Origin: Acaryochloris marina S15
GTDB taxonomy: Bacteria > Cyanobacteriota > Cyanobacteriia > Thermosynechococcales > Thermosynechococcaceae
Reading direction: 5' to 3'
NCBI RefSeq assembly: GCF_018336915.1
Contig: NZ_CP064923.1
Coordinates: 3,210,001-3,242,000 of the forward strand
DNA length: 32,000 nucleotides
The position numbers were made by a program, and so were the translations under genes. Each line of letters begins with the position of its first letter. The stretch's first letter is position 1. A model generated the notes under the pieces. It did no database searches. It had not been told where the DNA came from and saw only the letters and a list, made by a program, of their open reading frames with translations. Positions 27,675 through 32,000 of the stretch are shown in pieces.

Positions 27675-28423
27675 CATTAAATTCAAGCCTTCCAAAGCAA
27701 CTCCCTTCAGATTTAGATGTTCAGCGACTACCTAAACATGTCGCCGTCATCATGGATGGTAATGGACGATGGGCCAAGCAGAGAGGATTACCCCGCATTA
27801 TCGGACATCGTCGTGGGGTAGATACCCTTAAGTCTCTTCTCCGCTGTTGTAAAGATTGGGGCGTACAAGCACTCACAGCATATGCTTTTTCCACAGAGAA
27901 TTGGGGACGTCCTCTTGACGAAGTGGAATTCTTGATGATGCTATTTGAGAGGGTTTTACGTCGCGAACTACAAGAGATGATCGATGAAGGCGTGCAAATA
28001 CACTTTGTCGGTGATTTAGAAGCTTTACCGTTGACACTACAAACAGAAATACAGCGGGCTATGGCTGCGACCAAAGATAATCACACCATCAAATTTATCA
28101 TCGCCACTAATTACGGAGGTCGTAGAGAAATTATCCAAGCATGCCGCGACATTGCTTCTAAAGTTCAACATAATCAAATCCATCTAGATGATATTGATGA
28201 AAGTTTATTTGAACGGCATCTTTATACAGCTGGAATCATTGATCCAGACCTGTTAATTCGAACCAGCGGAGAAATGCGGGTGAGTAACTTTCTCTTGTGG
28301 CAAATGGCCTATGCTGAGCTCTACGTTACCAAAACCTTATGGCCAGATTTCGATCGGGATGAGTTCCATCAAGCACTCAGAGATTTCCAAGATAGGCATA
28401 GAAGATTTGGCAAGGTCAACTAA
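27671..28423 (+). CDS. uppS: Undecaprenyl-diphosphate synthase (cis-prenyltransferase)
   Basis: 250-aa ORF with [13 protein letters not shown] and [23 protein letters not shown] signatures. Its start overlaps the cdaA stop in an ATGA. Confidence 0.95.
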   Translation: MTLNSSLPKQLPSDLDVQRLPKHVAVIMDGNGRWAKQRGLPRIIGHRRGVDTLKSLLRCCKDWGVQALTAYAFSTENWGRPLDEVEFLMMLFERVLRRELQEMIDEGVQIHFVGDLEALPLTLQTEIQRAMAATKDNHTIKFIIATNYGGRREIIQACRDIASKVQHNQIHLDDIDESLFERHLYTAGIIDPDLLIRTSGEMRVSNFLLWQMAYAELYVTKTLWPDFDRDEFHQALRDFQDRHRRFGKVN

Positions 28424-28485
28424 TTATTCAATAAAAATTACATGTTTTTTGCACAAATCAATAATTAGGCAAGGAATAGTACTCG

Positions 28486-28767
28486 CTAAGGACCTGAGAA
28501 CACTGCATCTTCAATATCTTGGCGACTTAAAGAATACTTAAAAGTTCGTTGAATATCACGTTCAGTGGAAGCCGCCGGCACATACAAAACAGACAACTCC
28601 TCAATATCTAGCCATATTTCTGCCTTCCACTGATCACGCTCAACACGCCAAAGATGCAAATCCTGAGAATCTTGGTGACATCCAAGCTTGTGAAGCCACT
28701 GCTCAATTTGGGGGAGAGGGTGATTATATAGTGGAGTTTTAGGATCTGGTAAACATGATTCAGTCAT
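28486..28767 (-). CDS. Small conserved cyanobacterial/plastid-lineage protein (DUF3143-like)
   Basis: 93-aa ORF. The pattern LYNHPLPQIEQWL...RDIQRTFKYSLSRQDIEDAVFSGP resembles DUF3143 family members. Recognition is by resemblance only. Confidence 0.55.
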   Translation of the reverse strand: MTESCLPDPKTPLYNHPLPQIEQWLHKLGCHQDSQDLHLWRVERDQWKAEIWLDIEELSVLYVPAASTERDIQRTFKYSLSRQDIEDAVFSGP

Positions 28768-28957
28768 TAGCTAACTCTTACAACTTAGACATTAAATTGA
28801 TCAATAGTTGGGTGCTTAATTATAAAGACAAATGTTAGGTCAATGAAGGAGATTTAAAGAGCATCCTGACTCATCATACGAGGCTCAATACTACATCTGC
28901 CTGAAACCAGGCCAGCATATTTTTAGAAGCAATCGATAGAGCCGCTTTGCGAACTCC

Positions 28958-29419
28958 TCATACAAACTTCGAACTCACATCAGTTAAAGCAGTAGGTTCT
29001 ACAAACATCATTTCCCCACGGGCAAACCCCAGTACCACTGCCAGGATTAAACACCCTAAGAAGGTGATACACAAAATTAGTAATGCAACAAGCTCCCCAG
29101 GAGACAAAGGACGTTCTTGAATTTGCACCTGTGAAGAGGCCAATGGAGTATCTGAATGGGGTACTTTCTGCACGGGAGTATATTTGACAGACGATACCCC
29201 TAAACGATAATCATATGCTTTTCTTAGTTTAGGATTACTCAGAATGCCATAAGCATCATTAAGTTGTTGAAATTTTTGGATAGCCACTTCTTTGGGAAGG
29301 GTAGTCGTGTCAGGATGGTAAACCTTACTCTTTTTTCGATAGGCATCATGGATCTCATCACTAGAGGCTTCAGGAGAAAGATCTAACAACTGGTAGAAAT
29401 TTGGATCTATCGGCATCAC
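28958..29419 (-). CDS. J-domain protein with C-terminal transmembrane anchor
   Basis: 153-aa ORF. The N-terminal J domain reads YQLLDLSPEASSDEIHDAYRKKSKVYHPD and includes the HPD tripeptide. The C-terminal hydrophobic helix is LVALLILCITFLGCLILAVVLGF. Confidence 0.8.
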   Translation of the reverse strand: MMPIDPNFYQLLDLSPEASSDEIHDAYRKKSKVYHPDTTTLPKEVAIQKFQQLNDAYGILSNPKLRKAYDYRLGVSSVKYTPVQKVPHSDTPLASSQVQIQERPLSPGELVALLILCITFLGCLILAVVLGFARGEMMFVEPTALTDVSSKFV

Positions 29420-29470
29420 TCTAGTTCAAGCTTTTAATTATTCTGTGCTGGAGAATTAAACACTCAAAGA

Positions 29471-29544
29471 AGCTCCTAATACATATTGTAAGCAAGCCCT
29501 ATCTCTTAGTCGATAGGGCTTGCTTACAATATGTATTAGGAGCT
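29471..29544. repeat. Perfect 33-bp inverted repeat (hairpin) with 8-nt loop
   Basis: AGCTCCTAATACATATTGTAAGCAAGCCCTATC (29471..29503) is exactly complementary to GATAGGGCTTGCTTACAATATGTATTAGGAGCT (29512..29544). The loop is TCTTAGTC. It lies between the pilC stop (29601) and the J-protein start (29419). Confidence 0.9.
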
Positions 29545-29600
29545 AGTGAAACTTGGCGTAAATCACACTTAAATTGAGAGAATTACAGAATAGCTTCTGT

Positions 29601-30821
29601 TTAGCCAATTAGATCGAAGATCTTGAACATAGGTAAATACATAGCTACAAGAATGGAACCAACCATCCCCCCTAACACAACAATCATTAAGGGTTCCATC
29701 ACACTAGTCATGGCTTTAACTGCCTGTTCTACCTCATCTTCATAAAAGTCAGCAACCTTCATGAGCATCTTATCAATCTCACCCGTTTCCTCCCCCACAT
29801 TGATCATCTGCGTGGCTAGGATAGGAAAAACTTTCTCTTTCTGCAGAGCCAGACTTAGCATCCCTCCTCCTTGGATTTCGCGACGAGCTTCATCAATAGC
29901 ATTGGAAACTACCTGATTACCAGCAGTATCTCGCACTATTTCCAGTGAATACAAGATAGGAACCCCTGAACGGGAGAGAGACCCGAAGGTGCGGCAGAAT
30001 CTAGCTACAGCGGTCTTTTGAATTAGATCACCAAACAGGGGCAACTTAAGCATGATTCGGTCTATCGTTTCTCTGCCTGCCCGTGTTCGATAGTATTGAC
30101 GGAGTGCAAAACTAGCACCAAAGAAAAAAGCAGCAACCATTATTCCATAGATTGGTGTTCGCAAAAACTCACTGAGGTTCACCATCAGTTGAGTAAATGC
30201 TGGCAAATCGCCACCCAATTGGCTAAAAATGCCATCGAAAACGGGAATGAGAAAAATGACCATTCCCAAGAAAATAGATACAGCAATAAATCCAACTACT
30301 ACTGGGTAAGCAAGAGCTGATCGAATCTGATTTTTGAGACGTGCTTGATCTTCAAGTAGGGTTGCAAGACGATTTAGCACTTCGTCCAAGACACCACCCG
30401 TTTCACCTGCTTGAATCATGGCAACATAAAGCTGATCGAAAGCCGCTGGATGGCCTCTCATGGCATCCGACAAACTAACGCCTTGTTGCACAGCAGCATT
30501 CACATCTAAAAGTGCTTTTTTCAGCTTAGGATTCTTGCACTGTTCAGACATAACTCCCAACCCTCTTACCAATGCAACCCCGGCATTGACTAAAGCTGAA
30601 AATTGTCTAGAGAAAAGAGCCTTATCTTTGACAGTGATGGATTGAAGAAAACTCAGATCAAGCTCAGCACTCATGCTGAAGCCTTGAGATTCCTTGATAT
30701 CAAGGATTTGTAGTCCTTGACGCTGGATATTTGAACGAGCTTCTTTTTGAGAGGTTGCGCTTACCCTTTTTTGGCTAGATTTACCTTGAGGATCTCGCGC
30801 ACGAACAACATAAGTTGGCAT
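29601..30821 (-). CDS. pilC: Type IV pilus inner-membrane platform protein PilC (GspF family)
   Basis: 406-aa ORF with the duplicated GspF-type cytoplasmic domain and three TM segments. Its position immediately downstream of pilT matches the cyanobacterial pilB-pilT-pilC arrangement. Confidence 0.9.
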   Translation of the reverse strand: MPTYVVRARDPQGKSSQKRVSATSQKEARSNIQRQGLQILDIKESQGFSMSAELDLSFLQSITVKDKALFSRQFSALVNAGVALVRGLGVMSEQCKNPKLKKALLDVNAAVQQGVSLSDAMRGHPAAFDQLYVAMIQAGETGGVLDEVLNRLATLLEDQARLKNQIRSALAYPVVVGFIAVSIFLGMVIFLIPVFDGIFSQLGGDLPAFTQLMVNLSEFLRTPIYGIMVAAFFFGASFALRQYYRTRAGRETIDRIMLKLPLFGDLIQKTAVARFCRTFGSLSRSGVPILYSLEIVRDTAGNQVVSNAIDEARREIQGGGMLSLALQKEKVFPILATQMINVGEETGEIDKMLMKVADFYEDEVEQAVKAMTSVMEPLMIVVLGGMVGSILVAMYLPMFKIFDLIG

Positions 30822-30890
30822 AACTCAATTCTCAGCAGTTAATGAAAGAAGAATAAATGTAAGGCAATGAGGCCATAAGATGTTCCATAC

Positions 30891-32000
30891 TTATCGCCGA
30901 TAAGAAGTGGCACCAGCGCCACGTTGATTACCCATAGGGGCTGCTCCCATTAATCGCTGCATTTCATCAGGACGGGATGTCTTGGATACAGCTGATTCAA
31001 AGGAAATCGAGCCAGCCTGATAGAGTTCAGCTAGGACTTTCTCTAAAGTAACCATTCCTAACTTTCCTCCAGTTTGAATAGCAGAGTATATCTGAGATGT
31101 TTTTCCTTCACGAATTAAGTTAGCAATTCCGGGAGTGGATACCATAATTTCTTGTGCCATGACTCTCCCAAACTCACCTGGTTTCGGATTTTTCCGCGTC
31201 ACTAGCGTTTGGCTAAATACAGCCACCAAAGAGTTAGACAATTGCACTCGAACTTGAGTCTGTTGCTCAGGCGGAAATACATCTACCATCCGATCAACAG
31301 TTTGGGCTGCTGAACTAGTATGAAGTGTTCCAAAAACTAAGTGACCGGTTTCTGCTGCAGAAATAGCAAGTTGAATCGTTTCAAGATCCCGCATTTCCCC
31401 TACAAGAATAACATCTGGATCTTCACGGAGAGCAGCCCGCAGTGCATTCGAAAAGCTCTTGGTATCTTCACCAACTTGACGCTGGTGGATCAGGCTTTTA
31501 ATAGGTTCATAAACAAATTCAATGGGATCTTCGACCGTGAGAATATGTTCAGCCCGAGTTAGATTGATATTGTTAATCATGGAGGCAAGGGTCGTTGTTT
31601 TTCCCGAGCCTGTGGGACCAGTCACTAGTACCAAACCACGGGGCTTCTCAGACATTTCTCGGACAATATTTGGTAATCCCAACGTTTCTATAGCAGGAAT
31701 CTTAGAGCTGAGTGCTCGTAATGCAGCAGCATAAGTACCTCGATCCTTATAGACATTAACCCTAAAACGAGCTAGGCCTCTGACACCGTAAGAGCAATCT
31801 AATTCCCATGTTTGCTCTAATTGTTTCCGTTGAGTATTATTCAGCATGCTAAAGATAAGACGCTGACATTGCTCTTGACTCAGTGGATCATAATCAGTAG
31901 GAGTTAATTTTCCGTTGATACGAATGTAGGGAGGTAAGCCTACTGAGAGGTGTAAATCAGAGCCTCCTCGCTCAACGACTTCTTCCATTAGGTCTTCAAT
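30891..32000 (-). CDS. pilT: Type IV pilus retraction ATPase PilT (5-prime end beyond the window)
   Basis: Walker A is GPTGSGKTTT, the Asp box is ILVGEMRD, the His box is GHLVFGTLHT, and a PilT-type motif GIANLIREGK is present. The frame stays open to the window edge (…IEDLMEEVVERGGSDLHL), so the true start lies upstream of position 32000. Confidence 0.9.
   Translation of the reverse strand: MEDLMEEVVERGGSDLHLSVGLPPYIRINGKLTPTDYDPLSQEQCQRLIFSMLNNTQRKQLEQTWELDCSYGVRGLARFRVNVYKDRGTYAAALRALSSKIPAIETLGLPNIVREMSEKPRGLVLVTGPTGSGKTTTLASMINNINLTRAEHILTVEDPIEFVYEPIKSLIHQRQVGEDTKSFSNALRAALREDPDVILVGEMRDLETIQLAISAAETGHLVFGTLHTSSAAQTVDRMVDVFPPEQQTQVRVQLSNSLVAVFSQTLVTRKNPKPGEFGRVMAQEIMVSTPGIANLIREGKTSQIYSAIQTGGKLGMVTLEKVLAELYQAGSISFESAVSKTSRPDEMQRLMGAAPMGNQRGAGATSYRR

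Noticed and set aside
1-32000. Scan for CRISPR arrays, tRNA or rRNA genes, and tandem repeat arrays
   Set aside because: I saw no regularly spaced direct repeats, no tRNA T-arm consensus (GGTTCGAATCC-like) in a plausible cloverleaf context, and no rRNA-like sequence. This was a visual scan only, so small or degenerate elements could have been missed.

Overview
This window looks like a chromosomal segment from a cyanobacterium. The octamer GCGATCGC (HIP1) occurs at least 10 times, and the gene content and synteny are typical of the phylum. Most of the window is ordinary housekeeping or envelope genes.

Gene order, left to right:
- a 1.1-kb AT-rich stretch with no ORFs
- a UDP-sugar 4-epimerase
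- a CheY-like response regulator convergent with a PAS histidine kinase
- a PIN-domain toxin translationally coupled to an atypical 133-aa upstream partner
- a secreted hypothetical protein
- a DUF482/FemAB-like acyltransferase
- a 4.1-kb insertion-sequence pile-up: an IS1634-family element, plus an IS1-family element split by a nested IS4/ISAs1-like element. All three have readable inverted repeats and target-site duplications.
- an acyl-CoA dehydrogenase-family gene
- clpB
- a minus-strand envelope block, wzc-like tyrosine kinase -> cysC -> rfbB -> rfbA -> rfbC
- an orphan beta-class DNA methyltransferase
- pyrE
- a NucA-like lipoprotein nuclease
- the conserved lysA-cdaA-uppS unit, with lysA frameshifted at a C6 homopolymer
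- a DUF3143 protein and a membrane J-domain protein
- a 33-bp perfect hairpin
- pilC and a truncated pilT

I found no CRISPR array, tRNA or rRNA gene. I also found no convincing multi-gene system of wholly unknown function. The leads most worth following up are:
- the non-canonical PIN pair
- the wzc-cysC-rfb linkage, which suggests a sulfated rhamnose-containing exopolysaccharide
- the nested IS hotspot
- the lysA frameshift
- the large palindrome downstream of pilC
- the AT-rich ORF-free kilobase at the left end

All family assignments come from recognising motifs in the supplied translations. No database search was run.
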